64,000 nucleotides of DNA, taken from a virus (taxonomy: Duplodnaviria; Caudoviricetes). Shown piece after piece: positions 40,842-49,951 of the stretch. Each line of letters begins with the position of its first letter. The stretch's first letter is position 1. The notes beneath the pieces are model-generated. The model made no database searches and was not told the DNA's origin. It worked only from the letters and a program-made list of their open reading frames with translations. The stretch lies in IMG/VR virus record IMGVR_UViG_2905373006_000003, positions 16,719 to 80,718 of that record; one strand, 5' to 3'. Made by a program: the position numbers and the translations under genes.

Positions 40842-40847
40842 ACTAAA
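40842..40847. repeat. Target-site duplication ACTAAA (right copy)
   Basis: Directly follows CA at 40840-40841. Confidence 0.93.
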
Positions 40848-41126
40848 GGTGTTTTGATCATCATGCGCATTACTGGATTCATTACTCTGCGCAGTGGGTA
40901 TATCACTATTGCGCATTGGCTCTTTTGCGCTTTCTTTTTTCTGCGCAGTGCGCAATTTCTTGTGCGCAGTTTTTTTCGCATTCTGCGCACTGGATATTTT
41001 GATATATCGTCGGGCTGTTGCGTAGTTTAGTTCCTTTAGTTCGCACCACTCTTTAGGGGATATTCCTGTTATAGCATGTTCAGCGAGGAACTGTTGTTGT
41101 AGCATCCCCCAATCCGGTTTTGCCAT
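40842..41126 (-). pseudogene. terS: Terminase small subunit, 5' part (95 codons)
   Basis: MAKPDW...GISPKEWC..KELNYATARRY; truncated by the TGA supplied by the Mu end. Confidence 0.92.
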
Positions 41127-41614
41127 TGTGTTTATCTCCTTAGCCTATTAAAAAGCCCATTCGTTAAAATAAGCTTTGTGATTGACTCTTATGAATTGTA
41201 CTCGTCTCTCCGGTTGTCACGCCCTTTCTTCTACCTACAGCTGACGTTGCTGATAATGACCGAAAAATAACAAATGGTGGTATTCATTGTTTTTGACTCT
41301 CACTATGCGCTATCTGTCGAGAATAAAACAGATCATGGCTAACATAGGAGACAGCGACAACGCTACGCCTTCTTCTATTGGCACGAAATAAAAATAGCAG
41401 TATGATTAATGAGTATTTATTTTTTGCTTAAATTCAGCCACCCTGTGAAATCAAACTCACAGGGTTATTTTTATATTGTGCTGTTTATTTAAGTAGAAGA
41501 TAAATAAGAATAATCAATCTGGTATATATACCTACTTAAGCTATACTAAGTAGCTATCGCTATACTTTAATTGATATCTTGCTAGTATTGCCCAGCCTCC
41601 CATGCTGGGCTTTT

Positions 41615-42076
41615 TTATTCCATGCATTCTTGTTTGATATAATCCTGCAACCCTTTAATCATCTGTTCTGACTCTGCAATTCGCTCTCTGAGTAACCAAT
41701 AATTTCTGATAGCGGTGTCTGTAGGTCGGGCGGTGGTTGCATCATCCATGCTGGCGGTGGAAGTGGTGGTGCTTTCTGGACACTCGGCTTTAATGTACAC
41801 CCTGTCAGGATTACGCTCACTAATATCACGCAAGCGACTAATTTCATTTTTTGCATTAATAAGCTCCTGTGTGCGCCTTGTATCAAGTTGATTTAGTCGC
41901 TCTATGCGTACTTGATAGTCAGTATTGATATCCTTCTGCTCTTCGAGTGCGGTAGTAAGTTCTTTGTTGTTTTCTGTCAGTGTGTTAATTCTTTTCGCCT
42001 GTGCATTAATCAGCACGCAACCACCAGCAACAGTCCCCACTATCATAATGACAATGTAAAGTTTCCAATGCTTCAT
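41615..42076 (-). CDS. Rz: i-spanin
   Basis: N-terminal TM, LD...TQEL.NAKNEI..LR, NYWLLRERI...GLQDYIK.EC. Confidence 0.92.
   Translation of the reverse strand: MKHWKLYIVIMIVGTVAGGCVLINAQAKRINTLTENNKELTTALEEQKDINTDYQVRIERLNQLDTRRTQELINAKNEISRLRDISERNPDRVYIKAECPESTTTSTASMDDATTARPTDTAIRNYWLLRERIAESEQMIKGLQDYIKQECME
41659..41856 (-). CDS. Rz1: Embedded o-spanin lipoprotein
   Basis: LTGC lipobox, PPLPPPAWMMQPPPD; nested in Rz. Confidence 0.88.
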   Translation of the reverse strand: MQKMKLVACVILVSVILTGCTLKPSVQKAPPLPPPAWMMQPPPDLQTPLSEIIGYSESELQSQNR

Positions 42077-42078
42077 AA

Positions 42079-42237
42079 TTAGTACCGATGATGTGAGAGA
42101 GCAATCTGACAGCGTTTGTCTAAACTGGCTTTATCATTAACACATGAATTATCAATTGAGAGATAAATGCCACCAGCAACCGAGATGAGTAATGTAAGTA
42201 TAAAACCGACGATGATGATTAAAGGCTTCCATTGCAT
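42079..42237 (-). CDS. 52-aa membrane-anchored protein with two Cys
   Basis: Read by hand: MQWKPLIIIVGFILTLLISVAGGIYLSIDNSCVNDKASLDKRCQIALSHHRY; fills the endolysin-Rz gap. Confidence 0.6.
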   Translation of the reverse strand: MQWKPLIIIVGFILTLLISVAGGIYLSIDNSCVNDKASLDKRCQIALSHHRY

Positions 42238-42689
42238 AATGCTGACTCCGCCTCTCTACGACTGACCAACCCTCGCCACACCTTTCCACCAGCATAAACC
42301 CAGCGTTTCATTTCTTCACAAGCGCCATTCTGATCACCAGCATTTAATTTCTTAAGCAATGTAGAACGTGCAAAAGCTGTGGTGCCAACATTGAAAGCAA
42401 AGGAATATAAAGAGGCTTTTGTTTTATCATCTACCGGCACTTTAACTAGAACATCAACTTGTTGTTGCGTTCTAATAAAGTCTTTCTGCAGTAACTCGTC
42501 ACATTCTTGCTGTGTGTATGTCTTGCCTTGAATAATGTCATTTCCAGTGTGGCCATAACAAACCGTCAGAATTCCAGCAACATCACGGTATGGTTCATAA
42601 CGCACTCCCTCAAAGTAACCAATCACTGTTAGCGCAATACTTACCGCACCGGCACTTGCAACTGCTGTCACTTTCTGTTTTAGGTTCAT
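42219..42689 (-). CDS. Endolysin, SAR-type lysozyme
   Basis: Weakly hydrophobic N-terminus, EG.RYEPYRDVAGILTVCYGHT. Confidence 0.93.
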   Translation of the reverse strand: MNLKQKVTAVASAGAVSIALTVIGYFEGVRYEPYRDVAGILTVCYGHTGNDIIQGKTYTQQECDELLQKDFIRTQQQVDVLVKVPVDDKTKASLYSFAFNVGTTAFARSTLLKKLNAGDQNGACEEMKRWVYAGGKVWRGLVSRREAESALCNGSL

Positions 42690-42964
42690 TAAATGTCCTT
42701 TTTAGCTTTAGTCAGCATCTCGCCAACTATCTTTTCTATGTCTTGCGGATCACTAGAACAATTTCGATGAACCAATTCAGCAAATAATGCTGTTCGTTTC
42801 CGCTGTTCTCGCCGTGTCATCAGATAAGTTGCTAATCCAAGAAGCATGCTAAATCCCATCCCTATTACAAAGCCCCACTCATAAAGTGAGAGACTTGCAA
42901 AAAAGGCAGTCAAGCCAGCTGTTCCGTAGGTAGCATTGGTTAATTTGTCCATGCGCATATACAC
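42689..42964 (-). CDS. Holin
   Basis: Two TMs, basic C-tail, multiple Met starts (MYMRM). Confidence 0.82.
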   Translation of the reverse strand: MYMRMDKLTNATYGTAGLTAFFASLSLYEWGFVIGMGFSMLLGLATYLMTRREQRKRTALFAELVHRNCSSDPQDIEKIVGEMLTKAKKDI

Positions 42965-43219
42965 CCCCTACGGAGTGCCTAAGTTTAGTTAAAGGAGTGC
43001 CGACTCACAGCTCTTGTGTGAACGTGATAACGAGGGTAATCGCCCTGTGGTCGGCATATACGAAAAAAGTCGCATTAGACGACTTATTGAAATAGATGGC
43101 TGGTTTAGTTCAGCCAGACTGTTACGCGCTACCATAACCTTATAGCAAGGAATTCAGTTGTTCGGAATAACCGAGCATGTGAACTATCCGGAAATTCCGG
43201 ATAGTTGAACCTGTAAGAA

Positions 43220-44269
43220 TTACTTACAAGTTAGAGCTTTTATTTCTTGTTCTGTTTGTTCAAATCGCTCTTTCTCAAGTTCAACTCCAAGAACTCGACG
43301 ATTTAACTTTAATGCGGACTTTAGTGTTGCACCCGACCCCATAAAAAAATCAGCAACCAGATCACCTTCGCGACTGCTTGAGCGAATAATGTGTTCCATC
43401 ATTTCAGCTGGTTTTTCACAAGGATGTTTACCTGCGTAATATTGCACAGGTGGATATGTCCACACATCGGTGTAAGGAACATCAACGGTGACAGAAAAAG
43501 GACGGCGCAATAATTGATATTGTTCAGCAAGCTCTTGGTACTCTCGACTAAGAGAAGCCTGCACCTCTATCAAATCAGTATGATCACGATTTAAAGGATT
43601 ACTACTAAACTTTTCACTTGCTACGCGATGAAACAGCTCCTGCAGTTTTTTGTAGTCAGACTCACTCGGTAGTTGCCATTGGCTGTAACTAAACCAGTGT
43701 GAAGCCATTTGTTTACCTGTGGCCTGTTTTATTTCTTTTGCTGTTATTCCTAACGATTCACGTGCAGATTTAAAATACTCAATTAAAGGCTTAAATACAT
43801 TTTCTTTAAGCGCTTTGCATTGCTGAAGATAAGCACTACTTTTGCCCTTGTGTGGACTTTGATAATGTTCAGCAAATAAAATTCTTTCAGTGCTTGGAAA
43901 GAAACTGCGTAAATCAGCTTTACATGCCCTACGCCAAGGCCCAGATGGTTTAGCCCATACAATGTGACTTAGAATATTAAATCTTTCACGAACGAGTAAT
44001 TCTGTATCTGACGCTAGTTTCGAACCGCAAAAGATATAAAGGCTACCGTTAGGCTTTAATACTCGCCAAAATTCCGCAAGCATTTCATCAAGCCAAGATA
44101 AATATGATGTTACGTTTTCCCACTGATTATCCCAACTACAAGACTTCACCTGAAAGTAAGGCGGGTCAGTTGCGATTAAGTCAATACAATTATCGGGAAG
44201 TGTTTTTATATAGCTGAGTGAGTCATCATTGACTAAATTTACACTGTTTAAATTCACAGTATTTTTCAT
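43220..44269 (-). CDS. DNA methyltransferase (N4/N6 beta class)
   Basis: ATDPPY precedes HPCEKP and DFFMGSGAT. Confidence 0.93.
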   Translation of the reverse strand: MKNTVNLNSVNLVNDDSLSYIKTLPDNCIDLIATDPPYFQVKSCSWDNQWENVTSYLSWLDEMLAEFWRVLKPNGSLYIFCGSKLASDTELLVRERFNILSHIVWAKPSGPWRRACKADLRSFFPSTERILFAEHYQSPHKGKSSAYLQQCKALKENVFKPLIEYFKSARESLGITAKEIKQATGKQMASHWFSYSQWQLPSESDYKKLQELFHRVASEKFSSNPLNRDHTDLIEVQASLSREYQELAEQYQLLRRPFSVTVDVPYTDVWTYPPVQYYAGKHPCEKPAEMMEHIIRSSSREGDLVADFFMGSGATLKSALKLNRRVLGVELEKERFEQTEQEIKALTCK

Positions 44270-44411
44270 AGATCAGGAGAACCTTTTTTGATAAGCTCAC
44301 TATGCTTTGTGCACATAAGCAGTGGGCTTTAGTTTGTCCGTGATCTACCAGAACGGGTGAATGACTGTAAAGGTGCTACCAACACTTTTACAGTCGCCCA
44401 TTTTCACAGTA

Positions 44412-44609
44412 TTAGATATTTTGAAATGTGTTTTCTTTGATGTTTTCTTTGATTAGCCCCGCCATCGCCAACTGAGTTAATATCAATTGACAACGTGGCT
44501 CAGTTAAATAAGTAAACTGTGCAACTTCGCCAACAGTTACCTCTTTCGTATGCGGAACAACTTCAAAAACAAGTCTTGCCTCTTCTGTCATATCACTATG
44601 TTTTAACAT
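44412..44609 (-). CDS. Small winged-HTH-like protein
   Basis: TVGEVAQFTYLTEPRCQLILTQLAMAGLI. Confidence 0.7.
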   Translation of the reverse strand: MLKHSDMTEEARLVFEVVPHTKEVTVGEVAQFTYLTEPRCQLILTQLAMAGLIKENIKENTFQNI

Positions 44610-44744
44610 GATATTTTAATACCTTTGGTCAGTTATTGGTCGTGAACACACATGTAACTCTGAACAAAGGAAACAGCAAGCCTTATCTGTTTTAGATACA
44701 AAAAAAACCAGCTCTATGGCTGGCTTTTATAGGTATATCAGTAC

Positions 44745-45077
44745 TTACTTATCTACAACAGTGAATTGCAGTGCAATTAAATGCTTTTTGCAATCTTTAA
44801 TGCCCTCGTTGTAACCGGCATCATAAAAATTTTCTGGCTTTTCTTTAAGGTTAGGAAGATTTATTTTCATTTTTTTCTTAGCATCGTTAGCGCCTGCATA
44901 ATAAATCTCCCAAAGTAATTGAGTGCCCGGATCTGAATATTTAGAGATAGTTTCACGCTCTACAAGGAATCTGAAAGTAGAGTCACGCTCCCTGCTCAGG
45001 TCAATAGACTTCACTTTTCTTTTTATCTGTCTTTCAAATAATTCCTGCAACCCTATTAAATCCATCCTAAATCCCAT
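44745..45077 (-). CDS. Hypothetical AT-rich moron protein
   Basis: ORF flanked by terminator-like hairpins downstream of pR'. Confidence 0.6.
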   Translation of the reverse strand: MGFRMDLIGLQELFERQIKRKVKSIDLSRERDSTFRFLVERETISKYSDPGTQLLWEIYYAGANDAKKKMKINLPNLKEKPENFYDAGYNEGIKDCKKHLIALQFTVVDK

Positions 45078-45156
45078 GTAAAAAAGCCCCGCAATTAGCG
45101 AGGCCTTAAATTCGTTTCCTGCTTTGCGTTTAAAGCTCTACGCAGCATATACGAAA

Positions 45157-45184
45157 ACTATAACTTCATTGTTCAAAAAGTCAA
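45157..45184 (-). promoter_or_regulatory. Late promoter pR'-like
   Basis: TTGACT-16-TATAGT right after the Q-like gene; terminator hairpin near 45081-45107. Confidence 0.65.
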
Positions 45185-45192
45185 TCATTTAT

Positions 45193-45741
45193 TCATGAAT
45201 AATGATGCTTTCTGTCAAACTCATCACACATAGGCCAATAGAGCATAAATTCAGCAATAGATAACCATGTTTTAACTCGTCTCCTATAAGTCGATAGTGA
45301 CATTGAAGGGTGCTTTTCATGTAGCTCTAACGCTATGCCGAAATATGATTTTTTATATACATAATACTGTTTCAGTATTTCTAATAATCCTTGATCTTTT
45401 TCGAAAACAGCACAAATGACCTTGTCCATTTTTCCACCTTCAATATCACTACAGAACCACATATTGCTAAGTGTTTTCTTATTTTGGTACTCCTCCAAGA
45501 AAAGCTGTAAGGTTTCTTCTGATAGCCCTGATTTTTTCATTCTTCGCATAGCATCTTTGAGGGCTTTCTTTGTGATTTTTGGGTCTGATAATAATCGCTG
45601 AAAAATACCAGAGGCTTGCGGTGATTTACTAAATGCAGCCCAACAACCCCACATTTTTAATCGCCCCCGGATCCATGTACTTTCTAATGTGCGCAATCTT
45701 AAATACTCACCACTCTTGCCACTTGTCTCTGGATAAATCAT
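45193..45741 (-). CDS. DUF1133-family protein, putative late antiterminator (Q position)
   Basis: MIYP...GKSGE.LRL.TLES.WI.G.L.MWG.W; position before pR' and lysis. Confidence 0.75.
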   Translation of the reverse strand: MIYPETSGKSGEYLRLRTLESTWIRGRLKMWGCWAAFSKSPQASGIFQRLLSDPKITKKALKDAMRRMKKSGLSEETLQLFLEEYQNKKTLSNMWFCSDIEGGKMDKVICAVFEKDQGLLEILKQYYVYKKSYFGIALELHEKHPSMSLSTYRRRVKTWLSIAEFMLYWPMCDEFDRKHHYS

Positions 45742-45775
45742 GCTTATACCTCAACTTCTTTATTTATCAATATCA

Positions 45776-46087
45776 CTAGACGCGACAAGCGCGTAATTCC
45801 ATTACTTCAATTTTTGTTTGCTCGAGCAATTCTGCTTCAGAACCATGAATTTCTTGCCATGATTTAGGTGATGCATGAAAGCCGGTTTCATAACACGCCC
45901 TATGATGTGGCGGACACAGTGGTAAAACATCTGTATGACTTGCTCGTTGTGCCATTCCCTGCCCTGTTCTAACATGATGTATTTCCGCTCTACTTGCCCC
46001 AAGCCCCATATTGCGACAACAAATACAACCCAGTTCCGCTACATCTGATAGCCACTGTCTTTCTTCTTTGGTCTTTGATTTGATCAT
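45776..46087 (-). CDS. Ref-family HNH-like nuclease
   Basis: LGCICC...EIHHVRTGQG...LPLCPPHHR...FH. Confidence 0.8.
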   Translation of the reverse strand: MIKSKTKEERQWLSDVAELGCICCRNMGLGASRAEIHHVRTGQGMAQRASHTDVLPLCPPHHRACYETGFHASPKSWQEIHGSEAELLEQTKIEVMELRACRV

Positions 46088-46098
46088 TGGTCTTGCCT

Positions 46099-46692
46099 CT
46101 ACGTAAAACTTAATAATTGAGATACTGCATTTTCTACAGCTTTTTGAGTGGGGAATTGCTTACGAAGGATAAAATTCCAAAGCACATCGAGTGTGGCTTT
46201 GTAGAGTTCGCTAAATGCTAGGTCATCCATATTTGCAAAGCTGATTGATTTAGCGACACGACGTAAACTACCGTCAGGCATTTCAAACGTGTCGTAATAA
46301 CCGGCTTGCTCTACAACCCAATAGCGAAAAGCATCAAATGATTTTGTTGCTGAGATATTTTGCGCACGTTTTTGTGCGACTTCTTCTAGATAGATATCGG
46401 ATGCTGATAAGAGCACGTCAGCATTATCCGTGTAATATGAAAGGAATGTGATGTAACCACGCACAAGCTCTTTTTCTTCAGGTGAAATGGTACCGCCAAC
46501 TGGTTCCCAATATTCATAGCCTAAGTTGAGTAATGCGAAGTATTTACGATGAAATCGAGGGTTACGGGCTTTCTTAAAATTTGCTGAAAGCACATCACCA
46601 CATTTGATTTTTGAATGCAGAAAATCTCTCGTAACAGGATTGGCCGGTACAAGAGTATCGTTAGACATTTTGATAAAGTTATGCTGTGCCAT
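46099..46692 (-). CDS. DUF1367-family (NinB-like) protein
   Basis: RNPRFHRKYFALLNLGYEYWEP...SISFANMD..F. Confidence 0.85.
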   Translation of the reverse strand: MAQHNFIKMSNDTLVPANPVTRDFLHSKIKCGDVLSANFKKARNPRFHRKYFALLNLGYEYWEPVGGTISPEEKELVRGYITFLSYYTDNADVLLSASDIYLEEVAQKRAQNISATKSFDAFRYWVVEQAGYYDTFEMPDGSLRRVAKSISFANMDDLAFSELYKATLDVLWNFILRKQFPTQKAVENAVSQLLSFT

Positions 46693-46779
46693 ACTTGACT
46701 CTCAGTTGACACAGCAAATGTTTAGGATTGGGTGTTCAGACCAATGGATTTATTTTATCAGAAATGCTTTTTTCTTCAA
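46682..46779 (-). promoter_or_regulatory. Promoter and self-inhibited structured leader of DUF1367 operon
   Basis: TTGAAG-16-TAAAAT with extended TG; 5' hairpin ATTGG-TCTGAACAC-CCAAT; 10-bp stem TGCTGTGTCA/TGGCACAGCA over the start codon. Confidence 0.65.
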
Positions 46780-46805
46780 AAGAAGATAATTTTAAGTTTA
46801 AAAAA

Positions 46806-47693
46806 TCACATAAATAGTTCTTTAAGTTGAGATATGTAAGGTGTTATTACAGATAATACAGATGCAGAACCACCAGCAATAGTCATTATTTCGACTAGTT
46901 TTGTCATAACACCAGTTTGGTCTTTAACACTTTTCATCGACTCAACATGTGGGATTATATCATCAATAATTTGAGTGTCTTTTCCCTGCTTTTTTATCTC
47001 TAATAATTCAGAAAGTAGTTTATCTATTAAATCATGAGATTGAACTTGTAAATTTTGATTAAAATTTTCGCTGGCATTAGCAACATTAGCATTACCATAA
47101 ATATTGGTGTTAAATATATGTGCTATTTTTTCCTTTTGTTCATCATTCAAATTAGACAATTTGATATCCTCAATATTTGAAATTTTACTTTCTACTTCTA
47201 ATGTGAATTGTAATATTCTGGTTTTAATTCCATCAAGAATAGCTGTATATAAATGAGCCGGCGACTCACTCCAAATCCTCATAACATCTTGATGTGTAAA
47301 ACCTTTAGATATTAAGCTCACAATGTGTGTATCCCATGGCCTTTCCATCATAATAGAATCATGTGAAGTTAACTCCTCAATAGATGAGACACTATTCGCA
47401 ACACGCATTACACCATAATTTTTTTGAACGGGCTCTGGAAATTTAGTTATATCTATTGGGTAATTTTTCCAAATATTATAACCATCCGTAAAATCCCCTT
47501 TAACTACACAATTAAGTATTCTGTATTCAGGGATTTCATCTGTATTTTTATATCCATTAAGTTCATCATTAACCCATCTTATAAAATTTTCATTTTTTAT
47601 TTTATGAGCTAAATATAAACATTTTCTTAATAAATCAGATAGTTGAACTTTTGAATTAATGCAATCATTCTGTATTTCAATGAGTATTGACAT
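46806..47693 (-). CDS. AbiTii-domain protein (candidate defence moron)
   Basis: IQNDCINSKVQLSDLLRKC..LA.K.......WVN.ELNGY....IPEYR; very AT-rich. Confidence 0.75.
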   Translation of the reverse strand: MSILIEIQNDCINSKVQLSDLLRKCLYLAHKIKNENFIRWVNDELNGYKNTDEIPEYRILNCVVKGDFTDGYNIWKNYPIDITKFPEPVQKNYGVMRVANSVSSIEELTSHDSIMMERPWDTHIVSLISKGFTHQDVMRIWSESPAHLYTAILDGIKTRILQFTLEVESKISNIEDIKLSNLNDEQKEKIAHIFNTNIYGNANVANASENFNQNLQVQSHDLIDKLLSELLEIKKQGKDTQIIDDIIPHVESMKSVKDQTGVMTKLVEIMTIAGGSASVLSVITPYISQLKELFM

Positions 47694-47720
47694 TTAGAAA
47701 TCCCCATTTAATTAATTATA

Positions 47721-48062
47721 CTATTTTATCTTCAATTGTAACTCACGTCCTCCATAAGTAACCCAGCATTTTGAATCACCAGACAAACAGCATTGTTGAA
47801 CAGGTAATTGCTCACCACAGCGTTTACACTTTTGCTTAGATAACTTCTCAGCTTGCCTTTTATACTCAGCATCATCTTTACGAATAAGCATCTGTAAGTA
47901 TTCAACAACATCATACGGTTCTCGACCAGGCATGCGTAATACACAATTACGCTTTAACATTTCCAATTCTTGATTATCTACAAATAGTTCAATTTTGGTT
48001 ACACCTAATTCTTTCTGCCGTTTACGTTGCTCCGCTTTACGTTCTGCTACTGTTTTTGCCAT
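47721..48062 (-). CDS. Conserved phage protein with C-terminal Zn-finger
   Basis: MAKTVAERKA.QR.RQ...PGREPY...CKRCGE.LP...C...GD..CW. Confidence 0.75.
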   Translation of the reverse strand: MAKTVAERKAEQRKRQKELGVTKIELFVDNQELEMLKRNCVLRMPGREPYDVVEYLQMLIRKDDAEYKRQAEKLSKQKCKRCGEQLPVQQCCLSGDSKCWVTYGGRELQLKIK

Positions 48063-48065
48063 TAC

Positions 48066-48299
48066 TTATACCCTCATCACCTCACGCCAATAATTCAACC
48101 TATCTCTAAAAAACTCCCGATGTACCTCAGGCAACTTTTCAATTTCCACCAGAACTTGCGTTCTATGTATTTTTTGATTGTTAAGCTGTTTAATTAATCG
48201 ACTAGCTAATAAATCAAGTTGTTCTAACTCGCAATATTCTTCTGGCCACAAAGCTCGGTTGTGAGGTAAATCATCAGGCAAATAAGAACGCCTAGACAT
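48066..48299 (-). CDS. Hypothetical phage protein
   Basis: GAGG RBS; coupled ORF in nin region. Confidence 0.7.
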   Translation of the reverse strand: MSRRSYLPDDLPHNRALWPEEYCELEQLDLLASRLIKQLNNQKIHRTQVLVEIEKLPEVHREFFRDRLNYWREVMRV

Positions 48300-48301
48300 A
48301 A

Positions 48302-48478
48302 TTACCTCGTCGTTTTTTGTGGTTTAACCTTAGGTTGATAAGGTGCTTTTGTTCTCGCTCTTGCTAACGCATGGAGACGGTCAATATGACACTGTGTATG
48401 GTCTAACCCATCATCAGGTAATATGGGGTGATTATCACGAACAAGAAATTCGTGAGTAAGAGAGTCTTTAATTAACAT
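48302..48478 (-). CDS. 58-aa hypothetical protein
   Basis: Read by hand: AGAGGCAAGACC-ATG, MLIKDSLTHEFLVRDNHP...KPQKTTR. Confidence 0.65.
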   Translation of the reverse strand: MLIKDSLTHEFLVRDNHPILPDDGLDHTQCHIDRLHALARARTKAPYQPKVKPQKTTR

Positions 48479-48532
48479 GGTCTTGCCTCTAATATTTAAC
48501 TTAATGGCTTGGTCGAGCCCTAATTAACTTAT

Positions 48533-49951
48533 CTAAAATGCTTCTGTAGCTTGTTGTCCTTTTCGTGCATAGCTTTTTCTATTATCATTTCCTTTAAATG
48601 ACAACCTTTCTGCCTCCCCCTTACTAATATTTTTAATATAAGAATTCACCAACTGAGCATAAGCGGTACCAGTATTTCCATCACGATTTAATCTGAGAAG
48701 AATTTCCATTAGAGATTTATCAGCATTATCGTTATAAACAGCATCACGATATAAACCAATCCATACATCACAATCTTGCTCAATTTGCCCTGTATCACGG
48801 CTATCAGCGGGAGTTGGCCGTTTATCTGCCCTATCTTCCAATTTACGGTTAAGTTGGGTTAATAACAGGACAACACAATCCATTTCTTTTGCTAGATTTT
48901 TTAACCCCGTAGTAATATCACCATATGCAATATCACGACGTTCAGCCTGACCAGCCTTGATAAGGGTAAGGTAATCAATCGCTATTAGGCCTACTTGCCC
49001 TTTAGCTCGTTTAACTTTGCGACATTCAGCTATGATATGGTTAAGATCAATACCAGGAGTGCTATCGATATACATATTCGATTCTGCAATCTCTTTTGCT
49101 CTGGCTAATGCTCTAGCCATTTCCATATCATCATGTGTACCTGTATAAAAAATATCTGCAGATACATCGCCTTCTTGAGAGATCATTCGTTCAATGATCC
49201 CACGGTCTGTCATCTCAAGGCTGAAAAGCAATGTGGGTAACTTATGGTTTAATGCAAAGTGAGTTGCAACACGATTATAAAATGCGGTTTTACCCATTTT
49301 GGGTCTTGCACCAACAACAATTAATGATCCTCTCAATGCCTGCTTGGGAGCCATTAACTCATCCAGTGACTCTATACCCAAAGTAAAACCCACTGCATTT
49401 TTAGGATCACTAAAGCGCCTATCAACATCATCAAGCCAATCTCCAACAACATCTAGAGCAGGTCTTAAGCCTTTGCTTTTTCCTGTTTTAGCGTGTTCGA
49501 TAATGCTTGATACAATCTGCTGAACATTTGATAGTTTATTGTTGATATCAAGACCATCATTCGCCATTAGCATCTCTACACAAGTATTCAGATTATTGAT
49601 AGCGTAACGCTGTATTGCATTGTCTCGTACAATCCGAGCGTAATTCACAATGTTAGCAACTGAAGGTAATCTACAAAGCTCCGCTATGTAGGCAAATCCC
49701 CCAACTTTTTCTAAATCACCGCTACGTGTTAAAGAGTCACTAACTGTAATGATATCTGTTGGATAATCAGATTTTATTAACTTCACTATCTCTGTAAAAA
49801 TTCGACTGTGAGATCTTGAATAAAATGATCCTGATTTAACTAGTGATATCACATGTTGACGCTTATCTTCGTCAGTGCTGATCATCAAGCCACCTAGTAC
49901 AGCCTGCTCTGCTTCAAGATTGTATGGAGGAGTGAAATAATCATTTGTCAT
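48533..49951 (-). CDS. dnaB: Phage replicative DnaB-like helicase
   Basis: PPYNLEAEQAVLG, GARPKMGKT, FSLEM, IDYLTL, QLNR, DSRDTGQIEQDCD. Confidence 0.95.
   Translation of the reverse strand: MTNDYFTPPYNLEAEQAVLGGLMISTDEDKRQHVISLVKSGSFYSRSHSRIFTEIVKLIKSDYPTDIITVSDSLTRSGDLEKVGGFAYIAELCRLPSVANIVNYARIVRDNAIQRYAINNLNTCVEMLMANDGLDINNKLSNVQQIVSSIIEHAKTGKSKGLRPALDVVGDWLDDVDRRFSDPKNAVGFTLGIESLDELMAPKQALRGSLIVVGARPKMGKTAFYNRVATHFALNHKLPTLLFSLEMTDRGIIERMISQEGDVSADIFYTGTHDDMEMARALARAKEIAESNMYIDSTPGIDLNHIIAECRKVKRAKGQVGLIAIDYLTLIKAGQAERRDIAYGDITTGLKNLAKEMDCVVLLLTQLNRKLEDRADKRPTPADSRDTGQIEQDCDVWIGLYRDAVYNDNADKSLMEILLRLNRDGNTGTAYAQLVNSYIKNISKGEAERLSFKGNDNRKSYARKGQQATEAF

Noticed and set aside
40624-40857. 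77-aa plus-strand ORF
   Set aside because: Crosses the transposase-binding end and the insertion junction; no RBS
44641-44695. Second target of the pL trigger RNA (ACAGCAAG and TGAACAC fragments)
   Set aside because: Matches are 7-8 nt, split and on mixed strands
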